Assembly: GCF_030144855.1 (NCBI RefSeq)
Contig: NC_082736.1
Location: 6,820,001 to 6,884,000, forward strand
Length of the DNA: 64,000 nucleotides
Origin: Hypanus sabinus
Taxonomy: Eukaryota
Reading direction: 5' to 3'
Shown here: positions 10,929-22,744 of the stretch, piece by piece
How positions within the stretch are numbered: position 1 is the first letter of the stretch
Layout of the letters: each line of letters opens with the position of its first letter
Translations under genes and position numbers: made by a program
Notes under the pieces: generated by a model
What the model was told of the DNA's origin: nothing
The model's input: the letters and a program-made list of their open reading frames with translations, nothing else
Databases searched by the model: none

Positions 10929-11897
10929 TTTTATTAAACAAAATATACTTTATTCAAAAAAATATATAAATAACCATTCAATGACTTCCAATTACTTACA
11001 GTTGCTTCCATTACTGTCTTTACATTTTCAAAATCCTCGCCACCCACGTGGCACTGTTTTTTTATATTTACATTCAGTGGGTATACCCCCAACCCCCGCG
11101 GGAGAAGAACCCTAGACTGTGGTCCTTCCCCACCGGCCCTTTGCGGTGCCTGTATCGAGTTTGAGTGAGTCCCTCAGCACGTACTCCTGCAGCCGAGAAT
11201 GTGCCAGTCGGCAGCATTTCCCCACGGACATCTCCATGTGCTGGTAGACAATCAATTTTCGGGCCGACCAAAGAGCGTCTTTGACCGAGCTGATGATCTG
11301 CCAGCAGCACCAGATGTTGGTCTCCGTGTTCGTCCCCGGGAACAGCCCGGAGATCAGAGCCCTCTGTTACGCAGCTGCTGGGGATGAACCTCGATACTGT
11401 CCCTTCAATCCTCCTCCACACCTTCTCCGCGAACCCACAGTGTGCAAAGAGGGGGGTCACCGACTCCTCCTCTCTCCAGTCCTCCCGTGGGCGGAGGGGC
11501 GTGGAGACGACGTTCCGGGCGTACAGGAGGGATCGGACTGGGAGGTCCCCTCTCACCACCAGCCAGGCGAGGTCTTTGTGCTTGTTGGTGAGGTCTGGCG
11601 ATGAGGCATTTTGCCAGATGAACTGAACAGTCTGCTCAGGGAACCACCCCACTCTGTCCATCACAGGTATGGTGGCAACGACCAGCGGACAGGGGTGTTG
11701 CGCGGGAAAGGGGCCAGACCCATCTTTCGTAGCCAGGGCGACAGGTAGATTCTGGGCACATGGTGGTACTTGGTGCCCACGTACCTGGAATCCACACACA
11801 ACCTGATACAGCCACACACCAAGCTGGCCATCAGGGTGAGGACGGCATTGGGGACGTTTTTGCCCCCGTTGTCCAGGGACTTGTGCATGGTGGTCAG
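10929..11897 (-). mobile_element. Tx1-clade LINE, 5'-truncated, frameshifted
   Basis: MHKSLDNGGKNVPNA.LTLMA and the zf-RVT-like WQNASSPDLTNKHKDLAWL.VRG.LPVR...ESV..LF.HC.FAEKVW; 3' end AATAAAGTATATTTTG plus an A-rich tail. Confidence 0.8.
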
Positions 11898-11899
11898 TC

Positions 11900-12200
11900 T
11901 GATTCACGTCAGATAGATTTGATAAGTCAGAAATAAACGAAGTAATGACCATTAGAAATCAGGCTTCTGGAAATGCGCGCATTGGCCTTTCTTGTACCGT
12001 CTGCAGGAATGTCGCAGGTCGCTTATGATTGGTGAAACATTGCCTTATCTGATTGGACAGAAAATATTCTAATCAGGGAGCTGCTTTCTTCACCAATCGA
12101 GACATAAACGGTAGAAGCGCGGTAAATAACCGTCTAACCGCGGAAATAAACTGAAATTTGCAAAACACCGCCAAAAGAGCCTTGGTTGCTGAAATTAATC
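11900..12200 (-). pseudogene. Histone H2A remnant: decayed promoter and first codons only
   Basis: Aligns with 52105-52390 (CCAAT boxes, GTAGAAGCG.G..AAATAACCGTCT, CCGCCAAAA). TATA reads TACAAGA. CACGTCAGATAG at 11905 resembles the H2A start CACGTCCAGACAT. Confidence 0.65.
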
Positions 12201-12781
12201 TACAACAGGTTTGTTTGTTGACCCTTTACCCCCGTTACTGAAGTCCAACACATTTCAACCGAGTGTAGTTAATATTGCGATGGTGTCTGGGAATTTAGTT
12301 CACCGATTTCTTTCAATTGATGAACGATTTGAATAAAACAGATTCTCGGCTTCTGTTCGCGATCGGCCATTGTGTAAACTGTCAGTTTACCAACGGGTCG
12401 CCCTTCAGAAAGTGGAGCTTTAAACAATACTCTGAACGAACCGTGAGTGTTCAGCTCTCGCGTTGGAAAGTGGTTAACAGATGTAACCAAAATGTGACAA
12501 AGCTTAATAAACTGCATCCCCACAATAATCTAACCAGAAAAAGCAATTAGTGTTCACGTCAGAGGAATCTGATGACCGAGAGGAAATGGGGAAGGGGTGC
12601 GTAACGATCCTGTGCCTGTACACAGGAATGTAACAGAGAAATCGGGATTATAACTGACCAGTGGACAGCAAATTCTGATTGACGGAGATAAGATTCTGAA
12701 AGAGCTCACCAACGAAATATTACAAACCTACCCGAATTCCAAGTCTCAATAGTCTGTAACTCTTTTAATGAAACCGTGAGT

Positions 12782-12797
12782 GGCTCTTAAAAGAGCC
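12782..12797 (-). terminator. Histone 3' stem-loop (H2B copy 1) with downstream HDE
   Basis: GGCTCTTTTAAGAGCC ACTCA; AAAAGAG about 15 nt further downstream. Confidence 0.95.
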
Positions 12798-12834
12798 TTT
12801 GATTTTCGGGTTTGCTTTGTCAGCAAACTTGCCT

Positions 12835-13209
12835 TCACTTGGAGCTGGTGTACTTGGTCACCGCCTTTGTCCCTTCGGACACGGCGTGCTTGGCCAGCTC
12901 CCCGGGCAGCAGCAGGCGCACGGCGGTCTGGATCTCCCGGGAGCTGATGGTGGACCGCTTGTTGTAATGGGCCAGGCGGGAAGCCTCACCCGCGATGCGC
13001 TCGAAAATATCGTTCACGAATGAATTCATGATGCTCATGGCCTTGGAGGAGATGCCGGTGTCGGGGTGAACCTGCTTCATCACTTTGTAGATGTAGATGG
13101 CGTAACTCTCCTTCCTCGTCCTCTTGCGCTTCTTGCCAGACTTGCTCGCCGGTTTGGACAGAGCTTTCTTGGCGCCCTTCTTGGGAGCGGGTTTCGGTGC
13201 ATCAGGCAT
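12835..13209 (-). CDS. H2B: Histone H2B, replication-dependent, 124 aa
   Basis: [12 protein letters not shown]...[14 protein letters not shown]...AVTKYTSSK; intronless with stem-loop. True ATG at 13209. Confidence 0.98.
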   Translation of the reverse strand: MPDAPKPAPKKGAKKALSKPASKSGKKRKRTRKESYAIYIYKVMKQVHPDTGISSKAMSIMNSFVNDIFERIAGEASRLAHYNKRSTISSREIQTAVRLLLPGELAKHAVSEGTKAVTKYTSSK

Positions 13210-13239
13210 TTCCTCGTCGGTTTCAAACACAATAATAAG

Positions 13240-13385
13240 CTGAAGCTGTCCGGAGCGCGGATTAAATAGGCAGCGCCCAAAGTGGTATGTTAATGAGGAT
13301 GGGAATGCAGAGCATTTCCATTGGCTGTTTGGAGAAATGAATCACCAATCGGAACGCTGGGGGATGGGAAGCAGCACCAATGTGT
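13240..13385 (-). promoter_or_regulatory. H2B promoter
   Basis: TATTTAA near 13262-13268, octamer-like CTCATTAACAT, and several CCAAT boxes; conserved at 53540-53685. Confidence 0.75.
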
Positions 13386-14559
13386 GGCGGTTACCGCTGT
13401 CGTTTAATGCGGGAGGAAGTACAGAAGGGCAGAGACAGGCGGGGGTGCGGGCTGACATTGAAAAGAGAAACGCAAATTTCAAAAGCAGGATGAAAATAAA
13501 TTCAGATGAAATATTGTAAAATTAAACACTAAGACGTTTAGTTCATGAAAAGGGCAGCAGGAGAGGGAAGGAGAGATTTCGATATTGCAATGTAAAGTTT
13601 AAATCGAGTTTATTTATGCACAGGCGAAAGGAACAACGGATTTGTAGCAGCATCACAGACACATTGCATCAGACACAACATTGACCAGAAACTCTGGAAT
13701 TAAATATGAATTATACCAAAACATTCAAATAGACAGAGGACTATCAGAACAAAATCAAAATAACAGAGAGATTATGCAGGCAGTGGGAGAATCACCCCTC
13801 CTGTGCTTCTTCATCTCATCACTCTCGATTCAGACTCACGCAACTCTGCCACTTTGATCTGGCCCATGCCTTCATTCATCAGGTCTAACACTTGCCTTTA
13901 TTGGATCTTCCTCCTCCTTACACTAGTCATCTGGTTTGTGGGGCTGTGTGTCCCCTTGGACCCCTGGACTAGGTTGGATGTATATGTGGGGCAGGGAGAG
14001 ATAAGGCTGCAGAGTTTAGTATGGTGAGATATGTGGGGCTACAGTGGATAGGGTAATGCAGTGGAGCCACTTTAATCTGGCCCATGCCTTTCATTAACGT
14101 GGCCTGACACCACCTGGCTTAGTGAACTGGGTTTGCAAAGGGACACATCATTAGGAATACAAATTAGGGTCATTGGATGATCATGAGACTATCTCACGCA
14201 GGCGACCCAGCCAGGGTGGATCAGGCCCGATTTGAGTTTATCCCATGGAGCAAGATAATGAAAGGCATGTAATTCTGCATGTTGCATGATTTTCCACCTT
14301 GTTATTTAGCATTAATTTGACCATTTGGGGAGTAGAATGTTCTGAGGCCTGTTAATCAGGCTTTACCTCCAAGTAAGGTTCAACTTCCCTACTATAAATT
14401 TACACCAGTCTTTATTTTGCATCTATGTGCCTGGGATTGCATGGATTAAATTAATAGCGTTTACTGCAGTACAAAGTAGTGATTAATGTTGGGCAGATCG
14501 ATCCATAATTTGAAAAATCTGTGAAATCCAGAATTTATTGTACTGACATTACGTCACAA

Positions 14560-15040
14560 ATGGGGAATTTTACCCAGGATTAAATGGCTTGTCTAATGAA
14601 GAGCGTTTCATGGCTCTAGGCCTCTATTCACTGGAAATTCAAAGAAAGAAGGGTTACTGAATTGAAACCTATCAAATAGTGAAAGGGCTTGATTGAGTGG
14701 ATGTGGAGAGGACTTTTCCTGTGGTGGGAGTGTCTGTAACCAGACCACACAGCTTCAAAATAGAGGGGCATCCTTTTAGAGTGGAGATGAGGAGGAATTT
14801 CTTCAGCCAGAGAGTGGTGAATCGGTGGAATGTTTTGTCTCAGGCAGCTGTGGAGGCCAAATCACTGGGTATAGGCAGAGATTCATAGATTCTTGTTTGG
14901 TCAGGGCCAGAATGGAGACAAGGGAAGATAAGAGATTGAGCCTAAAAGGAAAAAAATGATCAGTGATGATGAAATGGCAGAGCAGGCTCAATGGGCCAAA
15001 TGGCCAAATTCTGCTCCTAAATCTGATGGTCTTATGGACT
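14560..15040 (+). mobile_element. CR1 LINE 3' fragment
   Basis: DVERTFP.VG.S.TR.HS.KI.G.PFR.EMRRNFFSQRVVN.WN and a CR1-type 3' UTR ending TGGTCTTATGG; paralog at 55030-55455. Confidence 0.8.
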
Positions 15041-15194
15041 TACTTATTTACTAAAATTTTCCCTCAGCTTTGACACAACCCAGCACCTGAGGCTCCAGAT
15101 TACTTATATAAGGAATACAGATGTTCTTTGTTCTCTGATTAAAGAAATAGCATCTCATTTCCATCCTGAATGTTTGTCACCTCAATCTGAGCAA

Positions 15195-15400
15195 CAGACA
15201 CAAAATGCTGGCGGAAGTCAGCAGGCCGGGCAGCATCTCTGGAAAAGAGTAATGAGTCGATGCTTTGGGCAGAGAACCATCACCAGGGAGAGATCTGATG
15301 GAAGGGTCTTGGGACAAAGTGTTGACTGTTTACTCTTTTCCATAAATCCTTCAGCATTTTGCTTTGGATTTCCAGCATCAGCAGATTCTCTCGTGTTCAT
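15195..15400. repeat. Palindromic (inverted) pair of Penelope-like terminal repeats
   Basis: CAAAATGCTGG...GGAAAAGAGTAA in the left arm and TTACTCTTTTCC...CAGCATTTTG in the right arm; more complete paralog at 55617-55850. Confidence 0.7.
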
Positions 15401-16365
15401 GATTTATGCCTCATTCTGAGGGTATTTTCCTCAGTTATAGAGCTCTCATTCAGAGGAAAGATCCTCCTTGCTTACTACCTGTCACATCCAGAAAGAATCT
15501 AACAGATTTCCTCGTTTTCTCATTAACTGCAGGAATACAGACCCAGCCCACTCACTTTTGTCTCACATAACCAACCCTCCATCCCTGGAACCAGCCCAGT
15601 CAGTGTCGGGAACAGTCACTGAACTCTCTCTATTGCAGGGATATCCTTCCTGAGGAAGTGTGACCAAACCCGGACACTACATTCAAGCTGTGCTCTCACC
15701 AGGGCCCTATAGAATCCAGTGAGACATCTGTACCCCTCTTCTCCACTCCTCCTGGATCACAGGACAAAATACTGTTTGCCTCTCTCAATACTTGTTGTAT
15801 CAGGATGTTAACTCAAGTGATTTGTTTACAATGACACCCAGGTCCCTCTGAACATCCCGTGTGGAAACAACTCTTACAGTTTGATCCTGGGAATTGGTGA
15901 TCTCACATTTCCCCACATTCTGTTCCATCTGCCCCATCCTCAACCATTCACTCTCCTGTCTACATCCCCCAAACCTTCTCACTACTGACACTGTCCCTCC
16001 TGCTCTGCCACTGCAACAGACCTAGTCACTGATTTATGCAGCACAGAAACAGGCCCATCAGCCCAACACATCCATGCTGGCCAAGTAGCCAAACAAAACC
16101 ATTGTCAGTTAACTGAATTTGGCCCATGTCCCTGTGAAACTTCCCTCTCCACAGTCCAAGAGATATTGCAACCTTGCCCATCTATACCTCCACTTGGGGT
16201 AGTTTGTTCCATAGAAATAGCACATTCTGTGTACAAAACCTGTTCCTCAGGCTCCCAGTTAAATCTTTCCTTTCTCACTTTATAAATGTAATCTCTAGCT
16301 TTTGAGTCCATGACCCTGGAGATAACAGAATCACTATTGACCGTATCAATGCCTGCCATTATTTT

Positions 16366-17560
16366 CTTTCTTTTAAAATCTTTTTATTGATTTTAAACAA
16401 ACATAAATGAAACATGAATACAAAGAGCTTGAAAGTACACAGGTTAAAGTATAAATACAAATGGATCATAATCCATATATAATAACCTCCCAAAATCATA
16501 GTGGTTATAGAAAATGGAGAAAATAAGAAAACCACCCCAAAAAACCTAACCAACATGGGCCATTGCATTATATCAATTATACGCAGTAGCATCAATAACT
16601 CCACACCTCCATCCAGATAATTAAGGATGATAAGAGTAAGGTTTAGGAAAAGTCAGTTTGGCTCATATGAAAATGTTGAATAAATGGTCTCCAAGTTTCC
16701 TCAAATTTAACTGAAGGGTCAAAAACAACACTTCTAATTTTTTTCTAAACTCAAACAAGAAATAGTTTGAGAAAACAACTGAAATATAGTTCGAGGATTA
16801 TTTTATTTCCAGTTCAATAGTATAGATCTTCTAGCCATTACTGTAACAAATGCAATCATCTGCCGGGCTGAGGGGGATAAACAACTATTATCCACCATTG
16901 GTAAACCAAACATTGCAGTAATAGGATGTGGTTGCAATTTGATATTCAGAACTGTTGAAATAACAACAAAAATATCTTTCCAATAATTTTGCAAACAGGG
17001 GCAAGACCAAAATACGTGGGTCAATGAAGCGACTTCAGAATGACATCTGTCACAGGTTGGATTAAAATAAGAATAAAATCGAACAAGTTTATCCTTGGAC
17101 ATGTGAGCCCTATGTACAACCTAAAATTGTATTAGGGCATGTTTAGCACAAATAGAAGAAGAATTGACTAATTGTAAAATTTTCTCCCACTGCTCTGTGG
17201 GTATAAGACAGTGAAGTTCTTTTTCCCATTCCTTCTTAATTTTTTCTAATACTTCTGGCTGTATTTTCATGATCATGTTATAAATGATGGCTACTAAACC
17301 CTTCCAGCAAGGATTCAGAGCTAAAAAAAATTCTGTCATATCCATTGGACATGATTTCGGAAAAGTCTGTAATATATTATTCAAGAGATTTCGAGCTTGC
17401 AAGTATCTAAAAAAAAAATGACTTTTAGGCAAATTATGTTTATTGGATAGCTGTTCAAAGGACATAAAACTATTGTCCAAAAATAGATCACGAAAACATG
17501 TTATACCTCTTGTTTCCCATAATACAAAGCCTTGATACATACAAGAAGGCTGAAAAACAA
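16366..17560 (-). mobile_element. L1 LINE, 5'-truncated (1195 bp), with 15-bp TSD; specific to copy A
   Basis: L1 ORF2 C-terminus (C.RC......LTH.FWSC..LQ.YW, AR..ILLNWK) and A-rich tail. TSD GCCTGCCATTATTTT at 16351-16365 and 17561-17575; empty site near 56797-56811. Confidence 0.92.
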
Positions 17561-18384
17561 GCCTGCCATTATTTTATCAGCCTCTGTAATGCCACATACA
17601 CTCTGGTGAGAATGTTCCAGTCTATCCAGCCTCCTGTTAAATCCCTTTTGCACCCTCTCCTGTTTAATGTCACCCTCTGATCACTGGGCAACTATAAGTG
17701 TACGCCCTGCTCCAAGAGTGGTTTCCCCAAGGCTGGGAGAGCTGTAATGTGACGTCACGGTCCAGTGCCCAATACTCTCCCGATGAATGCAAGTGTGGCA
17801 AACACCACCTTCACCGTCCTGCCGACCTGTGTTTACACTCTGAAGGAATTCGATATCTGCACCCGATGTCTCTCTGTTTTACAGCACTCCCAGGGACCGA
17901 CCATTCCCCACGGCAGTTCGGCCCTGGTTCGTCAATGACAACGGAACATCTCTTGTTCTTGTTTGCAGGCTCGAAGGGCTGAATGGACTACTCCTGCACC
18001 TATTTTCTTTCTCACATTTATCTGTCATCACTCAAATCACTGACCTCATTGACCACCGTCCTGTTGTATTGCTGGTTACATTCTTCACACTTTAGTGATA
18101 TCTGCATATTTGCCGAGCCGGGCATTGACATTGTCAGCCGAGTCTTTAATGAATGAACTGCAGCAGCAGACCTGACTCAGCTCCCAGGCTTTTCCTTGCA
18201 GCGATACCCGCACAGTGCTGGAGGAACTCAGCAGGCCAGGCAGCATCTGTGAGAAACAGTAAACAGCCGACGTTTCAGGCCGAGACCGTCCAGAATCTGA
18301 ACAATGTCTTGTGTTTGGTTTTCCTTCGATCCTTTCCTACGTGACTGGATAACATAAACCATCCTCCAATCCTCTGCCACTACT

Positions 18385-18600
18385 CCTGCCCGAGAAACGC
18401 GCAGAGAGACAGAGGCGGGGAGGTGAGGGGACAGAGTCTGAGTGACGGACAGGGCCGAGAGCGGCCTCTCATCGTCCAGCTCCGTCTTCACTTTACTTCA
18501 CCCGCCAATTTCCAACGGTCTATCCGAAACACAGAGCTCCAGAGAGGGGAAAGAAAACTCCCTCACACACCACGTCCACAGTGAAGGATTTCTAGGAATT
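18385..18600 (-). promoter_or_regulatory. Orphan duplicate of the H4 upstream promoter, with no TATA and no CDS
   Basis: Matches 19472-19680 (GAGAAACGCGCAGAGAGACAGAGGCGGGGAGG...GAGCGGCCTCTCATCGTCCAGCTCC...AACGGTCTATCCGA). Confidence 0.85.
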
Positions 18601-19036
18601 TACTGGCTGTCGGACTTGGTGCTATCAGAATACAGTGTGATTGGCGCAGGATTAATTTCAAATCGCCCGCCAATTTCAGAGCGCCCAGAGCATCCAGAGC
18701 TTAATTACTTTTTTATATTATTTACCATTAATTGTATCACGGATACTACAATTTCAGTTTCATTTGATATATAATTGTCTCAGTGAAGATTTCAATGTAT
18801 GATTACAGAATCGTTTCTCTGAATGAGGGAACTGATTTCTGTCCGAGACAGACAAGGGGATGCTGATCGATCTTAATGCATTCAGAGCTTCTGCCGTAAT
18901 CACCGATTGAAAAGGCAGAATCGCAGGGATATTTCAAGCGGAACGGATTAATCTGCTTCAAAAGTAGCTCAGCCAAATATATCGATAAAAATAATTAAAA
19001 GGTTGTGGACACGGCTCTATCTGTGAGGCGGTGGGT

Positions 19037-19052
19037 GGCTCTTAGAAGAGCC
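19037..19052 (-). terminator. Histone 3' stem-loop (H4 copy 1)
   Basis: AAA GGCTCTTCTAAGAGCC ACCCA. Confidence 0.95.
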
Positions 19053-19085
19053 TTTGTGTTGTGTTCGGGAGGAAGTGGGAGTATT

Positions 19086-19406
<321 letters not shown>

Positions 19407-20049
19407 TCACTCAGGTCGCTGCTCAGTGACAAACCGACTGCTGATGTCTCCTTTTATACACAGCGCCCCGACCTGCCTGAGAAACGCGCAGAGAGACAGA
19501 GGCGGGGAGGGGAGGAGACAGAGTCAGAGTAACGGACAGAGCCGAGAGCGGCCTCTCATCGTCCAGCTCCGCCTTCACTTTACCACACCCACCAATTTCA
19601 ACGGTCTATCCGACACATAGCGCTCCAGCGGAAAAAAAAACTGACACACACCACGTAAAGTCTGGAGGATTTCTGGAAATTTGCTGATTCTCCTGCTTTA
19701 AATTATAGGAAGTGCTTTTCCATTCCGCAAATCCCCGAGAACCTCGGTCTGTTCCTCCCCGGCCCCAGGACCAGCTTGAGTGTCCTGACACACAGCAGTT
19801 GGTGGCCGAGGGTGCATTCACTTCCAGTGATGAGAGGGTTAATTCATCAGAACAATTGTTCCTCTGGGTCGCGAGGGAAATGAAAGTCCGGTCACCCAAA
19901 GGAACAGGATACATAGGCAGATATAAGGATATACAGACCGCGCTTCTGGCGCCTTCCAAAGCCCAGATAACGGGTGGCTGAGGAGCTGGTGCGAGGTGGG
20001 TGGGGCTTCAGGCACAAGGATCATTTGCCTCTCGAAATGAAGGTGAGCC

Positions 20050-21200
20050 AGGTCCAGTGAGGAGGAGAGTCAATATGTGTACTGGAAGCTTTCTTCGTGC
20101 GACACGGAAAGGTGTAAACGAGCAGGTATGAGGTCCTACAAATTGATTTTCGGGAACTAGGTTAAAACAGCAGGACTTCCAGGATTATAATTACAAAATT
20201 ATGACCCAAACCATGTGGTTGTGTGGTGAGAAATTGATATTTTGTGCAGTTTAATATGTTGCTGAGGAACTCATGCAGGAGGGAGGTCTTCAGATTTATG
20301 GATCAGTCGGCTCCCTTCCAGTCAGGTGGGAGACCAGGACAAACAAGGCCATTTCCATCTGGACCGGAGGGGAACCAATATCCTCACCAGGAGGTTTGAT
20401 GGTGTCACTTGGCGGAGTTTGAACTGGAGTAGCAAATGGGAGAATGTGTGTATGACAAGACAGTCTGAAAAGAACGAGAGCCAATGTCAGGCCAATGGTG
20501 GGACTGATGGGATGAAATGAGGTTATTTCAACATTGGGAGTATGTGTCAGATGGACAGGGCTGGCAGCTCAACATTCCTGGGTCTGAATGTTTTACATGT
20601 GAGTGGGGGGAAGGGGGTTAAAAGGTGCAAAGGTTACACAACTGAGAATATCACAGCAAACTGGAGGGTCCGTTTACAACGGCAAACTTCAGTTACACTG
20701 ACGGGATTATTGAATTGTCCCTCCCCAGTAAAAAGTGGGGGAATTTATCTTCCATAGAATTGACTGCAACTTGCTTATTGCTAAGATATTCCAGACTGGT
20801 TCAGCGAATCTGAGGAGTGTTTGAAACATTATGTAGAGCCCAATCAGAGTTCAAAACATCGGAATTACCGTAGTTTTTCAGAAATGAACCAGGCCAGCTG
20901 ACAGCTGAGAGTCAGTGAATATTTTGGGATCTTGTATTTCTCTTACTTATGAGTAAGAATAAAATTAGATCCTATCTGAAGGTACTAAATCCCAGAAGGG
21001 CAAGTTAGAATGCAATAAGACAGAAGCCAAGGGGAATTGATTGGAAGCAGCCACTGTTTGACAAGTCCAGGCCTGACATGTGGGAGTTGTTTAAAGACCA
21101 GCAGATCCGAGTCGATATTGAGCTACAGGATTCCTCCACACTTGGAAAGGCACGGCTTGCTTCATGGTTTTATGTGGACACATCACCCTTGCCAAAATTG
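20050..21200 (+). mobile_element. CR1 LINE degenerate ORF1 (esterase-like) and ORF2 fragments
   Basis: HLDRRGTNILTRRF is a typical CR1 ORF1 SGNH-like motif; paralog near 59240-60430. Confidence 0.6.
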
Positions 21201-21224
21201 ATCGAGATTTCAGTGGTAGTGATA

Positions 21225-22195
21225 CAGAAATAACATATAGGTGTAGAATTAGGCTATTTGGCCCATCAAGTCTGCTCTCTCTTTTCATCATGGCTGAGAG
21301 ATTTTTCCTCTCAGCCCCAATCTCCTACCTTCTCCCTGTATCACTTCATGCACTGACCAATCAAAAACCAATCAACTTCTGCCTTAAATACCTAAAGTCC
21401 TGGCCTCCACAACTGCCGCCTGTGGCAATGAATTCCACAGATTCACCACACTCTCTGAGGAAATTCCTCATCTCCATTCTAAAAGGATGCCCCTCTCTTC
21501 TGAGGCTGTGTCCTCTGGTCTTAGACACTCCCGTCCTCTCCATATCAACTTTATCAAGGTCTTTCACCATTCGATAGGTTTCAATTCGTCATCCCTCATT
21601 GTTCTAACTTCCAGGGAAAAAAGGCCAAGAGACATCAAACACCCTTCATACGACAAGCTGTTTAATCCAGGAATCATTTTTGAGATTCTCATTTGAAACC
21701 CATCCAGTTTCAACGCGTCCTTCCTAAGATAAAGGGCCCAAAACTGCTCCCAATAGTCCAAGTGAGACCTCACCAGTACTTCATAAAGTCTCAACATCAC
21801 ATCCTTGCTCTTATATTCTAGTCCTCTTGAAATGAATGCTAACATCACATTTGCCTTCGTCACCACAGACTCAACAAGCAAATTAACCTTTACAGAACCA
21901 GCACAATGACTCCCAAATCCCTCTGCACCTCATTTTTTCTGTATCTTTTCTCCCTTTAGAAAATAGTCAACCCTAATATCTCTTCAACCGAAGTGCATGA
22001 CCATACACTTCCCAATTCTGTATTCCATCTGCCACATATTTGCCCATTCTCTTCATCTGTCTGTCTTTCCCTATTTCCTCAAAAATTCCTGCACATCCAC
22101 CTGTCTCTTCATATCATCTGCAAACTTTGCAACAAATCCATCAATTACATCATTCAAATCATTGACATATAACGTAAAAAGAATCAGCCCCAACA
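21225..22195 (-). mobile_element. CR1 LINE 3' fragment
   Basis: VESVV.KAN.MLAFISRGLEYKSKDVMLRLY..LVR.HL.Y..QFW; paralog near 60460-61420. Confidence 0.85.
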
Positions 22196-22744
22196 TCTTG
22201 GTGCTTGATGACGGCAAGACTGTGGACATGATCTCTACAGATCTTAGTGGGATTCAATATAAATTGCAATTTCAATTCAGAAATGGATTCATGATAGAAA
22301 GCTAAGTAGTGCTGGAAGTCCGTGAACAGTGGTGACCCACAAGGATTGATGCTGGGAATGATGCTGAGTGTGATATATATCAATGTTTGGATGAAAATGT
22401 TGATGGGTGTTTACAAGTTTACATGTGACAGCAAGATTGGTAGAATCGTGGACAGTGTAAACATTGATCACAATTGATCACAAACAGATATGCAGAGAAG
22501 TTGCAGAAGGAATTTACTCTGGGAGGGAATGCGGTATTGCACTTTGAGATGTCAAATGAAAGAAAAAAGTATAATGTTAATGATTGACTCCTTCCCAGGC
22601 AGATAGTTCACTGAAAGTGGCTACACAATGGGATAAGGTGTACAGAATGCTGGTCCCCAATGGTCAGGGTGTTGAGTATAAGAGTAAGGGAGTCATGTAT
22701 TAAGACAGGCATACAAACGTACAGGGAATGGACCATGTCCTGGT

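Noticed and set aside
11074-11952. 292-aa ORF as a host gene
   Set aside because: Composite of out-of-frame and in-frame Tx1 ORF2 sequence created by an internal deletion.
12835-13230. N-terminally extended H2B (MFETDEEM...) and H2A (MCRIVTVKM...) from the ORF track
   Set aside because: The extensions start at non-ATG codons in the 5' UTR; the canonical ATGs are at 13209, 53510 and 52120.
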